DNA from: a virus
Virus record (IMG/VR): IMGVR_UViG_3300034071_001262
Length of the DNA stretch: 64,000 nucleotides
Strand: one strand, 5' to 3'
Of the stretch, positions 11,301 to 23,900 are shown piece after piece. Within the stretch, counting starts at the first letter, position 1; every line of letters begins with the position of its first letter. The translations under genes were made by a program, and so were the position numbers. A model generated the notes under the pieces. That model had not been told where the DNA came from. It did no database searches and worked only from the letters and a program-made list of their open reading frames with translations.

Positions 11301-14300
11301 AATCGATTTTGTTTTTTGTAAAAATTGATTACTACTAGTTAAAGAAACTCTGGTTAATGAGTTTGTAGTTGTAGAGCTATTATTATATGTTAAGGTTGTG
11401 GCATAGGTTTCTGGTAAATGGGAAATGTCTACAATAGATTCATTTCTTTGTAGATTAAAATTGTTTTCTCCATTATTAATATTGTTTGCAGAGTCTATAA
11501 AACCATCAATATATAATGTGGTTTGATGATTAATGGGTCTTTCAGTATCTATAATTGCTAATGTAGTGTGTTTAGATTCTGCTTCAAACTGTGTACCTAT
11601 AAACAGTGGTGCGTCTGTAGTTATAACCTCGATTGTTGGAGTAAATGATAAAGTAAATGATTGATTAACAAATTGCGCGCCCTCAACATTTAATGTATGA
11701 ATATCTGTTACTGGTCTATTCATAACCAAAGTTGTAGCATTATTTTGTGATGTAACACCATTAACAATTAAATTCGCAACACCAAAATCATAATCTAAAC
11801 CACGAGTCACAAGTCTAAATGTATTGTTGCTATACGCCAAACCGCGAGTATTTAAAGGTATACTTGATGGTGCTAAAACTGGTCCAAGAACCACTAATGG
11901 AATTTGTCCAGTGCCTAATGGTTGAAAAGTAAGCGTGAGACTATTATCAATGTCTGGAGTAGTAATTGATAATGGCATAATAGCCGATGGAGCAACTTCA
12001 TATGTAAATAATGACATAAACTCAAAATTTGGTGCCTCAATATTAAGAGTAATGCCAGTTTGTATAAATGGTTGACCAATAAATAATGAAAAGGCTGTTG
12101 GTGTATTAATTTTTTGCAAACCATTTACATATAATGTGGTTTCTAATCGCTTTGATTTATCTTTGATAAACAGAGTTGTCGCAGAAATCTCTTGTTTTAA
12201 TGCGCCAATATATAATGGTAAATAATCCAAGTCAAGAATATCCATAGACCCAAGTAAATTATTTGCACCAATATAAGCAGATCCAAGAACACCGCTGATG
12301 CTATTATAAGTTTGTACTTTGTCTTCATTTAAATCAATATAAGTTGACGTATTAATATTTTCGCCAATACCAGCTATACTATCAGATGATATAATCTGTA
12401 CTGATTTATTAAAGGTTCCTTTATCGTTAGAACTAAATCCTGTATTTGATTTAGCCACTCTAATTATTGGATTTTTACTTTGTCCAAATAGATGATTACT
12501 AATGCCCGGTTGGTTGTACTCAGTGAGAAGTAATTTACGATCTCTAGTTATACCAACCGGTAATGGCACAAATTCATATTTGCCAAAAGAATATCTATCA
12601 ATTCGTAAATTATTGTTTAGTATATTTCTTTGTACGTCATCATAAACCGCGTTATTATATTTAAAATATGCAATTTTATTGAATACACATTGCATTTTTC
12701 TTTTATCAATATTACGAGACTCTATATTTGCACTAATATCTAATATGGTAGCAGAAAAATCAAAATTGATCAAATTATTTAATACTGGATAAATTGATTT
12801 TTGTTCTATAGATGTAGTTGCCAAAACAGTATTATATGAATACTTATAATCATATATATTTAAGCGTTTATCTGGAACAGATCTAAAAAAGTTGAATAAT
12901 GGACCGTCTGCCGACTGTGAACCTATTGGACTAGAAGCAGCATAATTAACATTATCTACTGTGCCTAGTAGTATACCCAATGCAAGAGTTTTATTAGATG
13001 AGATATTGTCTACATCATAAGTCTCATGATTAATATCATTGATATAACCTTGCGACCATGTACCAGATATTGGATTTGATAAATTACTACTTGGTGTAGT
13101 AGAAGATATTGTACCATGATTAATATTTGTAAAATCATTAATAAATGGCCTATTGTCTTTGCTTGACTTAAGAAAATTACCTTGATATATATACTGTGAC
13201 CATATACTATATGGTATAGTGAATGTAATAGTATTATCATCTGTTGGAGCTATATTAGTATTGGCAATAATTGTACCATACATCGACACATTAGCAACAT
13301 CTTGTCCATCGTCTCGTAATAAGTTTATCACATCATTAGAAACATACGATATTAAACCTTGTTTAGTATTTACGTCATATGTTGCGTCATATAGCTGTCC
13401 AAGAGTAATTAAACCACCATAATAATGATTAAGTAATTCTGTTGGTATTGCTTCTATCAAGTTTGGAAAAGCGCCTAATAATGTAGCTTTATATTCTTTT
13501 ATAGATGATGCACTAAGATCACCATAAAAATGCAAATCATGCGCACCACCCCTAAACATTGGTGGACGTGTCACGGATTGTTTCCAAGTAATTGAGTCAT
13601 CATTTGGATTAGTTATTCTTCTGTGTGTTGAGCTATATACAAACTTGCCATCTTGCAAAGTGACAAAGCCAGTTGTTGGAGTTGTGGTGGTATTACCAAT
13701 TACACCATTTGGTATTATTGTTTGTCTAGGGTCTTTTTTATACAGAACAATACGTGGTAATAAATTATCAAATGCAAAACTATCGATTATAGTTTCTCTA
13801 TTACTAAAATTATTTACATTAATTGTTTCAAAAAATCTACGTGATAAATTATCAAAAACTAATGTAATATTTAAATTGCCATATACATCAATATTAGATT
13901 CTGGAATATTAAAGAAAAATACTGGAGTTACAGTTAAATTATTTTGTAATGATAAAGTATTACTACTGGTTTGATTGAAGATAGATGTATCTCTAATCAA
14001 GAAAGAACCATGATCTGAATAATCGTAATATATTTCTCCAGCCTTAAATATTTCAGAAAAATATAAGTATGGTGATATATCATATGAAGCACTACTATTT
14101 AAAGTAGAAAAACCAAATCTAGAACTATAAGAATAATCTATAGCAAATAAAGAGTATCCTACTGGATCCCTTAAGATAACTCTGCTATCTATAGCGTCAT
14201 AACTGTTTACAAGTCTAACATTCCAAGTTCTAGACTGTAAAGTAAAATTATCATAATGTATATTTCCAATATTTAATAGACTATCTTGATAATCAATCAA

Positions 14301-17300
14301 AAATTTGTCTGTATACTTTTCACTAACATCACCGGCATTAAAAGATGGAAAAATATTTTGTAGAAACTCAGCATTGTTTTGATTTGTAATCTTGAATACG
14401 GATAAAGAATCAACTCTATATGAGCCAATTGCAGAACCATCAAGAAGTGTTGCTATATCTTGACCAAATTCATTTTGTGTAACCATTGAGTTAGTTACAA
14501 GAATACCATCATTGTATCTAATATTCCATCCAAACCCATCTCCAACAAATTTTGCATCTGATCTACGCGGTGTAGTAAATTGTTTTGTTATTTGTCCAAT
14601 AGGAGTTAATGAATTATTATTGTAGTTGTATCTCAAAATATTAATCTTAGACTTGCTTTCTGATAGTATCTGATCACCCCAAATAAGTGTTCCATCTTTG
14701 AATAGAATTTTTTGAGCAGATAAAAACATACTAGACTTTACTTCATTAATCCCATCACCGGCATATGAACCGGTGCGTAATTTATAGTGCTGTGCGTCTG
14801 GTATTCTTTGAGTTGGATCATTGTCTACATTATATGAATCAACGCTACCACTGCTGTTAATTTCTAAAAGTTTTACTGTACGATAATCTGAACCAAGTAT
14901 AATACATGATATTTGACCAATTTCGCTTTTTGTATCAGCACTAGTTAAAGTAAATCCAATATTATAGCTATATCCTTGTGTAACATTAATATTAGATCTT
15001 ACTGTAGACGATGAAAAAATTGGTAGATTACCGTTGGTTGTTTTTTCTCCGATACATACGCTTTTACCAAAACTATCAACCCAAGGCACAATATGTAATT
15101 GTGATTTAGAGTTAGTACCAAGTCCAAATCTATCTATTATTGGATAAGCTGTATATGTTGAAGATATTGTGCTTTCACCGAAATAACTTCTATTTTTATT
15201 AAAAATTGGTTCGGTAGAAATATAGTTTCTGTTTAAATCTGGTATAAGATAATCACGATATAAAGTAGATAAATTTTCATTAATAGTACTATTGCTATAA
15301 TAGTCGTATATATTGGGACCAAACCAATTGGCTATTGCCGCTCTATACCAATAAAGTGTGGTTGATGGAACTGTGCCAATTTCATTAACAGTAATAATCT
15401 TGCCATCGATTCCATTAGCTTTATATGTTATAGTGTTTGCTATTCCTGCATGAAAATCTATATATGGACCCATAAACTGATCCATCATATATATTAATGG
15501 ATAATGAGACTTAAATGGAAAACTACCATTATATGATAGTAAACTATATCCATCTCCAAATATAGTATTTTTATGTGATATGTCGGTAATTCGGTTATAT
15601 TTATCAACCGTCATAGTTAATACATGAACTTTACCATGTGGAGCAAAATATGGCACAATACGCTGTTTAAAAATACTGAATATGTCGGCGTTGGTACTTT
15701 CTTGAGAGTATGGTATAACGCCACCATCTATCTTGATTTCGTTGGCTTGACATCCAAATAAATCAATAGAAACATCAGAACCCTTTTCTCCAACAACAAT
15801 ATTATATATTTTACTGTCGCCAATATTATGAGAGAACTTAACATCTAAAGAGCATCCAAACTTGTTACCAAGATATGGTCCAGATAGATCGTATGCACTT
15901 AAATATGGCCCACTATTAAGTTCAAAAGAATCACTATCTGTATTATATTTTCCAAGTTCTGTCTGTGAATGATATGGATATAGCTCTTGAGATCCCTTGT
16001 GTGGAACGCCAAAAGCGGATTTACCAAAAATTTTATTTGGGATGCTGGTAATAAACTCTGAAATTAATTTTCCAAATACAGTTTTATTAGATGTCAATGT
16101 AGGTATGAACCAGTTGCTTCCAGTTGTAAAAAACTCACTAACAATTTCTTCATAAATATCTATATCCTCAGACAAATCTAATACTATAGACTTTATAGAG
16201 TTTTCACGATCCCAAGATGTTAGATCGCTATTCAGTGAGGCGTCTGAAATACGCTTATCGGTTATAAACGAAGAAGGACCAATATTTAAATCAAGATTAG
16301 AAGCAAATCTAAAAGAGTAATCTCTATTAGTAAAAGACATATAACCATTTCTGCCAGTTGGCGAAAATAGTGTTTTATAATAAGACCATCCTTGACCAAA
16401 TGTGCCATTTACGTTTCCAATACAGCACCACTGAATACCATCTACAGATTTAAGATTGTTAGCACTAGATGGACTTTCTAAAAACTGATCGTCGTATAAT
16501 TCAAATGTATTATCATCTATATACTTTACAAATTTTTCTCCATTAAGTGGATGAATATCTATTGCTCCAGTTTGTTCACCATCAAATAAAGCAGAATCAA
16601 TTTTAATTATATCATGATTTTTTAATGAATGTGCTGGTGAGGTAAATCTATTACCAGTAAATCCAGATACTATTCCACTCTTTCTCACATATATATCTAC
16701 TTTGCCACATTTTCTTGCTGGTTGTAACTTAATTAGAGTCACTTTTGCTGAATGCGATGTATATACAATGCCCTCTATTAATCCAATATTTGTAAAAATT
16801 TGTGAAATAGTTTGTGGATCTAGATCGGGCAATGAAGTTCCAGAACCCTGTGTGTTTGATTGAAAATAATTTAGTAAAGCATTTACAGATAATTGAATTG
16901 TAGTTATAGCATTGTCGTCAACTTCAACAAAATCTGATTCATTAATATTTGAAGCTTCTCCAAACGCGCCGCCACCACTATATAATATATTTTTTCTTGT
17001 AGAATATGTTACAACAAAAAATTCTCCAGCATAATCTCCATCAGCAAAATTTAAATAATTTACTGGACAAAAGGTATTATCAAATCTCTCACCAGTGGAC
17101 AAATCATAGTTGTTGCAGTAGCGAATAGTATTCGCGGTAGGATAATCAGCAAAAGTCATTGTATTCCTAAGACAACCACCATATGTAAAATATAGTGTCT
17201 TTTTAGGTAATGACGGATCATTAAACTCTACTTTTAGTATTGTGTTATCATATGTGGCAAATCTATTAGATAATCTATAGTTTATATCTAAAGACTCAGT

Positions 17301-17918
17301 TGGACCATAAATAGATTTTACTTTATGCATCAATGGTAATTGATTATTCTGAAAAACCAAAGATGCATCATAGTCTCTAAAATAATTAGTGGTAATTGTA
17401 TCATAACCTAAACTCGATTGATATCTATATGGTTGATATAGTGTTATTTGACCAAGTTCTAAATCTTCTCGATTTAAATCAGAATAATCTTCATAAGAAA
17501 CAAAAGCTATATCGTCTACTATATTAATATCACTTACTGACCAACTATCAATAAATGATACTTTATTTTGTTTGTCATTAGTAATAGATTGAGCTAGCGG
17601 TATTTTAACGTCTGGACTAATTATACCATCATTTACACCAAGATTAATTCTATTAGTATATTCGTAGCTCGTAGCTATTCTATTTTTTACAGAATACAAA
17701 AGAGTGTTTGGTTGACTATCTTCAAATCTAATTCCTTTATTACTATCTATAGAATTAGAAATATGATTCCAGTTTGTTACTTGTTTTATTCCTTCACCAA
17801 TGGTTTTAATACCTAATGGTAAAGCTCTTTTTTCCTTATCAGTATTTCCATCAGAATCGGACTTCATAAAAAGAGAAGCACCGGTCTGAATTTTATCATA
17901 CTTGAAATAATCTTGCAT
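8355..17918 (-). CDS. Giant virion structural/adhesin-like protein
   Basis: 3187 aa. FG-GAP/propeller-like motifs (FGCSLDV, FGKSVCIG, GAVYIYR, GGKVYLF), an FCCH-like stretch (TSPAHSL...DDNTFELY) and C-terminal TTL[FY]I.G short repeats. Confidence 0.6.
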   Translation of the reverse strand: MQDYFKYDKIQTGASLFMKSDSDGNTDKEKRALPLGIKTIGEGIKQVTNWNHISNSIDSNKGIRFEDSQPNTLLYSVKNRIATSYEYTNRINLGVNDGIISPDVKIPLAQSITNDKQNKVSFIDSWSVSDINIVDDIAFVSYEDYSDLNREDLELGQITLYQPYRYQSSLGYDTITTNYFRDYDASLVFQNNQLPLMHKVKSIYGPTESLDINYRLSNRFATYDNTILKVEFNDPSLPKKTLYFTYGGCLRNTMTFADYPTANTIRYCNNYDLSTGERFDNTFCPVNYLNFADGDYAGEFFVVTYSTRKNILYSGGGAFGEASNINESDFVEVDDNAITTIQLSVNALLNYFQSNTQGSGTSLPDLDPQTISQIFTNIGLIEGIVYTSHSAKVTLIKLQPARKCGKVDIYVRKSGIVSGFTGNRFTSPAHSLKNHDIIKIDSALFDGEQTGAIDIHPLNGEKFVKYIDDNTFELYDDQFLESPSSANNLKSVDGIQWCCIGNVNGTFGQGWSYYKTLFSPTGRNGYMSFTNRDYSFRFASNLDLNIGPSSFITDKRISDASLNSDLTSWDRENSIKSIVLDLSEDIDIYEEIVSEFFTTGSNWFIPTLTSNKTVFGKLISEFITSIPNKIFGKSAFGVPHKGSQELYPYHSQTELGKYNTDSDSFELNSGPYLSAYDLSGPYLGNKFGCSLDVKFSHNIGDSKIYNIVVGEKGSDVSIDLFGCQANEIKIDGGVIPYSQESTNADIFSIFKQRIVPYFAPHGKVHVLTMTVDKYNRITDISHKNTIFGDGYSLLSYNGSFPFKSHYPLIYMMDQFMGPYIDFHAGIANTITYKANGIDGKIITVNEIGTVPSTTLYWYRAAIANWFGPNIYDYYSNSTINENLSTLYRDYLIPDLNRNYISTEPIFNKNRSYFGESTISSTYTAYPIIDRFGLGTNSKSQLHIVPWVDSFGKSVCIGEKTTNGNLPIFSSSTVRSNINVTQGYSYNIGFTLTSADTKSEIGQISCIILGSDYRTVKLLEINSSGSVDSYNVDNDPTQRIPDAQHYKLRTGSYAGDGINEVKSSMFLSAQKILFKDGTLIWGDQILSESKSKINILRYNYNNNSLTPIGQITKQFTTPRRSDAKFVGDGFGWNIRYNDGILVTNSMVTQNEFGQDIATLLDGSAIGSYRVDSLSVFKITNQNNAEFLQNIFPSFNAGDVSEKYTDKFLIDYQDSLLNIGNIHYDNFTLQSRTWNVRLVNSYDAIDSRVILRDPVGYSLFAIDYSYSSRFGFSTLNSSASYDISPYLYFSEIFKAGEIYYDYSDHGSFLIRDTSIFNQTSSNTLSLQNNLTVTPVFFFNIPESNIDVYGNLNITLVFDNLSRRFFETINVNNFSNRETIIDSFAFDNLLPRIVLYKKDPRQTIIPNGVIGNTTTTPTTGFVTLQDGKFVYSSTHRRITNPNDDSITWKQSVTRPPMFRGGAHDLHFYGDLSASSIKEYKATLLGAFPNLIEAIPTELLNHYYGGLITLGQLYDATYDVNTKQGLISYVSNDVINLLRDDGQDVANVSMYGTIIANTNIAPTDDNTITFTIPYSIWSQYIYQGNFLKSSKDNRPFINDFTNINHGTISSTTPSSNLSNPISGTWSQGYINDINHETYDVDNISSNKTLALGILLGTVDNVNYAASSPIGSQSADGPLFNFFRSVPDKRLNIYDYKYSYNTVLATTSIEQKSIYPVLNNLINFDFSATILDISANIESRNIDKRKMQCVFNKIAYFKYNNAVYDDVQRNILNNNLRIDRYSFGKYEFVPLPVGITRDRKLLLTEYNQPGISNHLFGQSKNPIIRVAKSNTGFSSNDKGTFNKSVQIISSDSIAGIGENINTSTYIDLNEDKVQTYNSISGVLGSAYIGANNLLGSMDILDLDYLPLYIGALKQEISATTLFIKDKSKRLETTLYVNGLQKINTPTAFSLFIGQPFIQTGITLNIEAPNFEFMSLFTYEVAPSAIMPLSITTPDIDNSLTLTFQPLGTGQIPLVVLGPVLAPSSIPLNTRGLAYSNNTFRLVTRGLDYDFGVANLIVNGVTSQNNATTLVMNRPVTDIHTLNVEGAQFVNQSFTLSFTPTIEVITTDAPLFIGTQFEAESKHTTLAIIDTERPINHQTTLYIDGFIDSANNINNGENNFNLQRNESIVDISHLPETYATTLTYNNSSTTTNSLTRVSLTSSNQFLQKTKSISATNVYLGSQNKLLESNNAAYITQISDVDNNATRAFYRDESITNFGQLNHLLKRDIYDSNGRYFVLGSKNEDIADIDIYKIVDNKNVQFISKISMGLAKVVPGTSEASDSLYGKNGITDLPFGDSFVTIRRQLKSYFSGVFSNSNIDDSLSSIVVNDLKISDFNTCAISLRVRLYYSVGTTNETKTFNVIILFKLSDLQTGTSNVTSFVGQTTYYVDHYHYYILQESGNDQSKYSAAYNLAFCQDDLYFERHNGQWGQICRLLASENYSSLQVVIDYAEHPDVQYYTNTNNSPYISDSRKKAGFGIPLKIYNEYRSDSHIMLIGAQLFDPFVFNTLTQPHNPNAIGAVYIYRLPTGSSTWNYVGAMYGKGNTSSNVIANLNNYTSSGIEDKEYCLFGFDFDYMDGNTAISEPGGSGSNEINGGKVYLFNIEGSNIALLDQYSINDISLPLGYTLNSQNNFGSYIVLIDKNTPITFSNSSAGNGLIHNLSNGSTLVASLAYTQSEYTTLNEARANIENETKPYDPVLINPSITTRSQHVLSMKRLNFGNSTRKLGLVREFRTRSDNSNFTFDLQKVFIMDVQPIGFTLFIGGPPAKNNTLTLQTLSHEILNDTLLTSIYGKEIISSGLSLVAASNFGLGDMPLHIEYVNDNATTLYISSQIQINSDEFTTNITGKDIYNINTTLWTSSAINSASGINLNTYGQNIRTNTAKLYTRGYTNATINTTLTTSGIFMDNNSASLIVTGHINRATGINTVIVGYDIINNSGMFFSTSGAILGDIYRTTPLFIGKDAYANNATSIFIDSFVVSSGSEYKAVGNTLHINARPSSVYDTFDSHSLYINGPDREYLNTDATIFISAPIPEISEDGAYIHSGYLITTITGNNDAGSFFASEKYQTLNVVGSIANASGMSLYMERPTANALGLFIKDLNPTSTITTAISGAFYGSGSTDLCVLGPTPSTGTFSLYIEQPQSNLTTLTTRGYLE

Positions 17919-20900
17919 TATATTCTGAACCTTCTACTTTCAGCATCCATCTGATTTGTAATCTCTTGAGCAACCATTTGCCCAATAGAAGAAGACAATT
18001 CCTGTTTAATTGATTCTAAATTCAAGCCACCTAAAGATATTAATCCCTCAACAGTGACAGTATGTTCCATAGTTATTCCAGTTAGCGATTGTGCTAATGA
18101 GCCAAATGCAGTTTCGATGCCACTAAACTTCTGTACAATATTATCAAGAGAACTACTGAAATTTCCCACAAACGCATTAAATACGTTACTTAATCCGCTA
18201 GTATCAATGGGTATTGGTCCCATTGCTGCTGTTGGCGATGTAGGTGCTGTAGGAGTAGCAGCAACCGCAGCTGGCGCAACTGGACTATCAGAAGTACCAT
18301 ATCGGGCAGAATATCGGGCAGCGGCATTGTATGCTGCGGCGTTTTCTGGCTGTGCTACGAATGCTGATTGTGGTGCAGAAATAGTATAGGATTCATTACC
18401 AGACATCCTTATCTGATATTCCTGCCGTGGTTCGGCAGCAACTTGAGGTAATTGCGCTGGTGCGGCAGCAACTTGAGGTAATTGCGCTGGTGCGGCAGCA
18501 ACTTGAGGTAATTGCGCTGGTGCGGCAGCAACTTCAATTCCCTTTTTACGACGTAATTCTTCTTGTTGTTGTTGCTGCTGTTGTTTTAATTGGTTAAAAA
18601 CTCTTTCTTCTTCTTTGTTTTTTTCTTCTTTGGTTCCTTTAAATCTTTTCGCTGCTCCAGATGCTCTCGCTCCTATTGTTTTATCACTTAGTCCTTGTCT
18701 TTGAAGAGATTGTTGCACTTGATATTCAGCTATTTCTTTGGCCCTATCTTGTGCTGCTTGTTTTTTCCTAGCTTTATCTTCTTCAAATCGTTTTTTATTC
18801 GCGGCAATCATTTCTTCTCTTGTTTGTGGAGCAGCAGGGGCTTGTGCTGTAGCTGGTTTTTGTGGTATATTTACTGCTTGAACTGCTGCTGCTCCAGCCG
18901 CTACAGCTGCTTGTCCTGCCACCACTTGATCGATACCGGCGGCTGGCTGACCGGGTGGGACCGCTGGCAATGGCGCACCGGGTCTTGCTGTTCCAGTGGC
19001 ACCTAATTCTCTAGCTCCTGCATTCACTCTTTGTTGTGCTGCCTTAGTTTTTTGCTCTTCAAATGCAACATTAGCTCCACCAGCTTCACGAATTGTATTT
19101 GTTAAATTATCTAGTGCATTTATCAATTCTTTTTCTTTATCTGTCTGACCATATAACGCTCTTAATACTTTAGGATCTAGTCCTAATCTTACTGCATCGC
19201 GTTGAATGATTTCTTCTTTTACTTGAGCGCCTTTAAGTGTACGACCTCCACCAATATTAAAATCAAAGTCTTTCAGCTTATCTAGAAGATCAAAAGTAGA
19301 CTTTCTTTGTTCTGGTGTTTGATTTTGTATAGTGCCAGTTTTAATTGCTGCTTGTACACCAGCAAATGCTTGATTAATAGCCTTACGTTGATCAGCACCA
19401 CCAACAACAAACTCTTCTACTAAACCCTTACCTGTTTCTCTTTTTTGTCTTTCTTTATCTATTTCACCTAATATATCAGCAGCTTTATCACTTTGATCAG
19501 TAAGACGATTTAACTCTGCTGTGGTTTTCTCTATTATATTGTTTAGTTCTATTTCTCGTTTAGCCCTATCAGCTGTAACTTTACCAGCCTTGATATCCGC
19601 CTCTATTGAAGCTCTTTCTTCAAAAGCTGCGGCTCTTGTAGCGGATAATTGCTGAACATTTCCAGCTTGTAATTGATTGCCACGAACATCTTTTAGTCCA
19701 CGTAATCCGACTTGTGCCTCTTGTACTCTAAATGACTCTTTTTGATCAGAAGTTAATTCTGTGCCTCTTGCCTTTGCTCTTAATTCTTCAGTCTTAGCAA
19801 CTAAACTAACTAATTTTTGTCGAGCCTCAATTTCTTTATCTGTTTGATCTTTTAGTTGTTGAACAAAATTTTGATATATAGAAATAGCTTTATTTTGTTG
19901 TTCATTAAATCTATTTAGTTGTTCAGCTGACGCTTTACCCTGTTCTACTAATGGCTGTATGAGTGATTGTGCTTCATCAGCCTGTAATATACCATCTTCA
20001 AGATTTTTATTGAAATCTTTTTTAAAGTTTTCTAATGCTGGCCCTAAAAAGTCTGGTTGTAAACCAATCTCTGCTAAAAATTGTTCTGGTGTTGGTTGTT
20101 TCTCTTTGGTTGTAAATTTTACACCAACTAGTTGTGACTGTGCTGTCTTTTTGATAATCTCTGCTGCCGTTTTTACGTTTTCAGCTAGTCTCGCGCCCTC
20201 TGCACCAAGTCCAGCCGCTATATTATCTACAGCAGCACCGAAGGCAGCGGAATCACCAACATTTTCTAAACTTGTTAATCCTTCTGGAGCATCAAGAGAA
20301 AAGTCAAAATTTGCACCAGATAATAAAGAATCTAAATTAGATGCTGATTTGGCTAGTTTATTGAGAGCATTATCTACATTTGTTAAAGAATTAGCTACAG
20401 CATTTATCTCAAGTAGTTTTCTTCTAAATTCTGCATTAGCTGCCGTAGTAGCGGCTAATTCTTCTTTAAATCTTTTTTGCTCGTCTACTAATGATTCTAG
20501 ACCAGCCTTTTGATCAGATAAACGCTGTTGTAATCTTTGTTGTTCGCTATTGATTGCTTTTTGTAGTGATGCTCTTGTTTCATCTGTGGTCGCGCTATCT
20601 TTTTGAGCCTTTAATACTGCAATTCTAGCCTCTGATTCTGCCCTAATTGCAGATTGTGAAAGAGTAAATGCTTGTGCTAATTGTCCACCATTTTTTAAGA
20701 GATCATCTAATGATTCATCACCAGTGATTTCTACTTTAGCGGCTTCTTCCAATGTCTTTCTGGATTCTGCTACGCTTTGTGATAAAAACTCTAAATTTTT
20801 GGCTAAACTTTGTTGTGCATTATTAAATATTTGTCGCAATTCTGGATCATTTTCAAAGTCTGATTCTTGTAATTCTCCAATGCTTTTTCCTTTTTCTCCT

Positions 20901-23900
20901 GCTAATCTCTGTAACTGTCTATTAGATTCAGAAATAGCTAGAGATGGTAATGTGCTTACACCTGTTTGAGCAGTAATTCTTCTTTGTATTCTAGTTTCTG
21001 GTGTGAGATTTTTTTCTATATCAATATCTTGCAATGATTGTTTAAATTTTGCTTGTGCCTCTGTAGATTCTGCTAGTAATTTGCTACTTAATTCTAATTC
21101 GCCAGCATATTTTCTAGATATTTCAGCCAAGCGCTCTCGTTCTTTTGCTTCTGCTGTTGCTGCGCCAAGCCATGCACCTAATGCTGCACCAATAATGATT
21201 CCAAATGGGCCAAATATACCCAATATAGCAGCACCTAATACGCCACCTATTAATGCTCCAATACTACCAGCATCTTTTGCTGATGCTTCATTTTGTTTAG
21301 CTACTTGTTCTTTTTGTAATCTAATAAATTCTTCTGTTGATCCTGTAAGATTTGCTATTGCGTTTAATTGTGCATCTGATGCTTTTTTAAGTTCTTCTGC
21401 TTGAGCGCGAGCTACTGCTGCTTGATATTTAAAAACAGCTGCAATGGCGATTACGGCAGCTAGAGCAATAAATATTGCGGCAGCGAGTCCTATTAATGCT
21501 GCACTAGCTGCACCAGATGCCCCAGCTTCAGCAGTATCTGCGGCAGCTGCCACAGTAGATCCTGTGGCTTCTATGCCATCTGCTACAGCCGAAACACTAG
21601 AAAGAACAGCTTCACTACCATCAGCTACTCCAGCACCAACACTAGCAACACTTTCAGTAGTATCAGCAGCAGCACTTAAACCAGAAGCAGTAGTTTCAAT
21701 TGCATCGGCAGCAGAACTAGCAGTTGAAGCAGCAGTTTGGGCAAACATAGAAGTAATTAATTGACCAATAGTACCAACAATACCAACAATACCAGTAACA
21801 AATCCAGCAGTTTCTGTAATGGCTTGTTTTTGTACATCGCTTAATCCAGACATTTGAGTCGCTAAAGCGGCTGCTGCCGCACCAAGAAATACGAATTGTT
21901 GTGCCGCACCAAAACCAGCGTCTAATTTTTCAACAGTAGAACGTCCACCACCACTTCTACCGCCGTTGCCCCTATTAGCTGCGCCACCACCACCGCCACC
22001 ACCACTACCGCCACGATTAGCATTTGCTGCCAAGACAGACTGTTTAGCAACTTGATATTCGGCTGTGGCTTGTTGGGCGAGTGCCTGCCTTATTCTTTGT
22101 TTTTCTTGATTAATATCTGCATCAGTTTTAAATCCTCTTTTTTGTAGGGCTTCTTGGCTTGCGAGAACATTTAATTGTGCTTGATATTTAGCTGTTATAT
22201 ATTGTTTCAATTTAATCAAAGTTTGATCTTGCTGGGTACTTCCAGTAGCGGCTGGAGCAGTAGGAGTTGCAGTAGTGGCGCTGGATTGATTTGTGGCTGT
22301 CGCACTTTTAATTTTTGCTGCTGTGTCTTTTTCAAGGGCGTCAATATATTCGTCAACCTTACTCTTTATTTGATCGTCTGTGGCGCCAGATTCTTGAAGT
22401 TTTTTAATACGTTCCGCATAAGCTCCTGCTAATAATTCTTGCTGTCTATCAGATCTTTTATTTGCGGAGTCATTCTTATCAATTGATACTTTCAATTTTT
22501 CACCAGCATCTCCAAGCATATCCATTATGCTACGATTAATATTTATGGCATTACCCAAGGAAGTTACACCAGTAACCAATTGTCTAAGGGCTACTCCACC
22601 AAAATCTAATAAACCAAAAGTAGCCTTATCCAAAGCGGCCATAAACTTATTACTACTTCCACCCAATGGCACGAAAGAAGAGAATATAGTATCTTCACTT
22701 TTACCACCCTTCGCAAATCTCTGAACTATGCCACCGTTTGCATATTTACCAACTTTATTCATTCGGCCAAGATTGCCATATCCTATTGATTGTGCTGATT
22801 TTTTGTTGATAACAAATTCGCCGGGTGTCAATAAAGCTGGAACTGTGTCAGTCCCAACCCCACCACCTAAAGCAAATCTTTGCACCCTGTCTGCCCTTGG
22901 ACCTTTACTTCTCATGGCATCTAGCGCCGGTTGCTTACTACCACCTTGAGTAAATATCATATTTGCTCTTGGTATACCAAATAGATTACTAAGATAATCT
23001 TCAGCACCCTTTACTCTTCTAGATTTGCTGATAATACTGATTTTGCGTGGATCAATTTGTCCACTTTTGATGGCGTTTTGTAGCTCTTGACCAAATTGAG
23101 TTAATGAAGAAGATTTTAGGTCTTGTAATCTTTTTGCTTCATCCCTAAAATATGTTTGAAGAACTGATTGTTGGGCTTCTGGAGTTTTAGCTTTAGCATA
23201 AGCTATGTCACCAACTGTTCGTTTTAGAGTACGATCAATATCTACAGCGCCGCCGCCAGACTTTATTAACGCTTGAATAGCAGAACTTGGTTTTGGTAAT
23301 ATAGAACCAGTGGCCTGTAATATATCATCAACCATTGGGGCTGTTGCCAAACCACCGGCAGCAAATTTTCGAATTATTCCTCCTAAGAATTTTTTTTGTT
23401 TTCTAGCAGATACTCTTTGTTCAGCGGTTGATGCCTTTTTTCTATTTTCTATATCTGAAGTAAATCCACCAACATTTTGTGATATTAGTTCATTGGCTAG
23501 TGTAGATCTAAATCCTTCTACAAGTTTATTTGTACCTTTTTTTGCTAAACTTCCAAGAGAATCTTCAGAAAAAGTTCTTTTGGCGTCTGATATTAAAGAT
23601 GAATCTAAATTAAATATTTGACCAGCAGACCCAATACCAGAAGGAAAATCGAAAGTGTCATTTGGATTAATTTTATTTTCAGTAAATGGAGAATTAGACA
23701 AACCATTAACAAAAGCTTCAAAAATTCCACCTTCTATTTGTTCAATATTAGCTCTATTTAAAGCAGCACTAAACTTACCAGAATCAAATGGTGGATTATT
23801 TTTAAATGTCTGAGAAGCAAAAGTATTTGAAAAATTTGCTAACGCTGTATTGATACCATTTTTATATTGTTCAGAAACTGTTTTAGATAATGAGCCAGAT

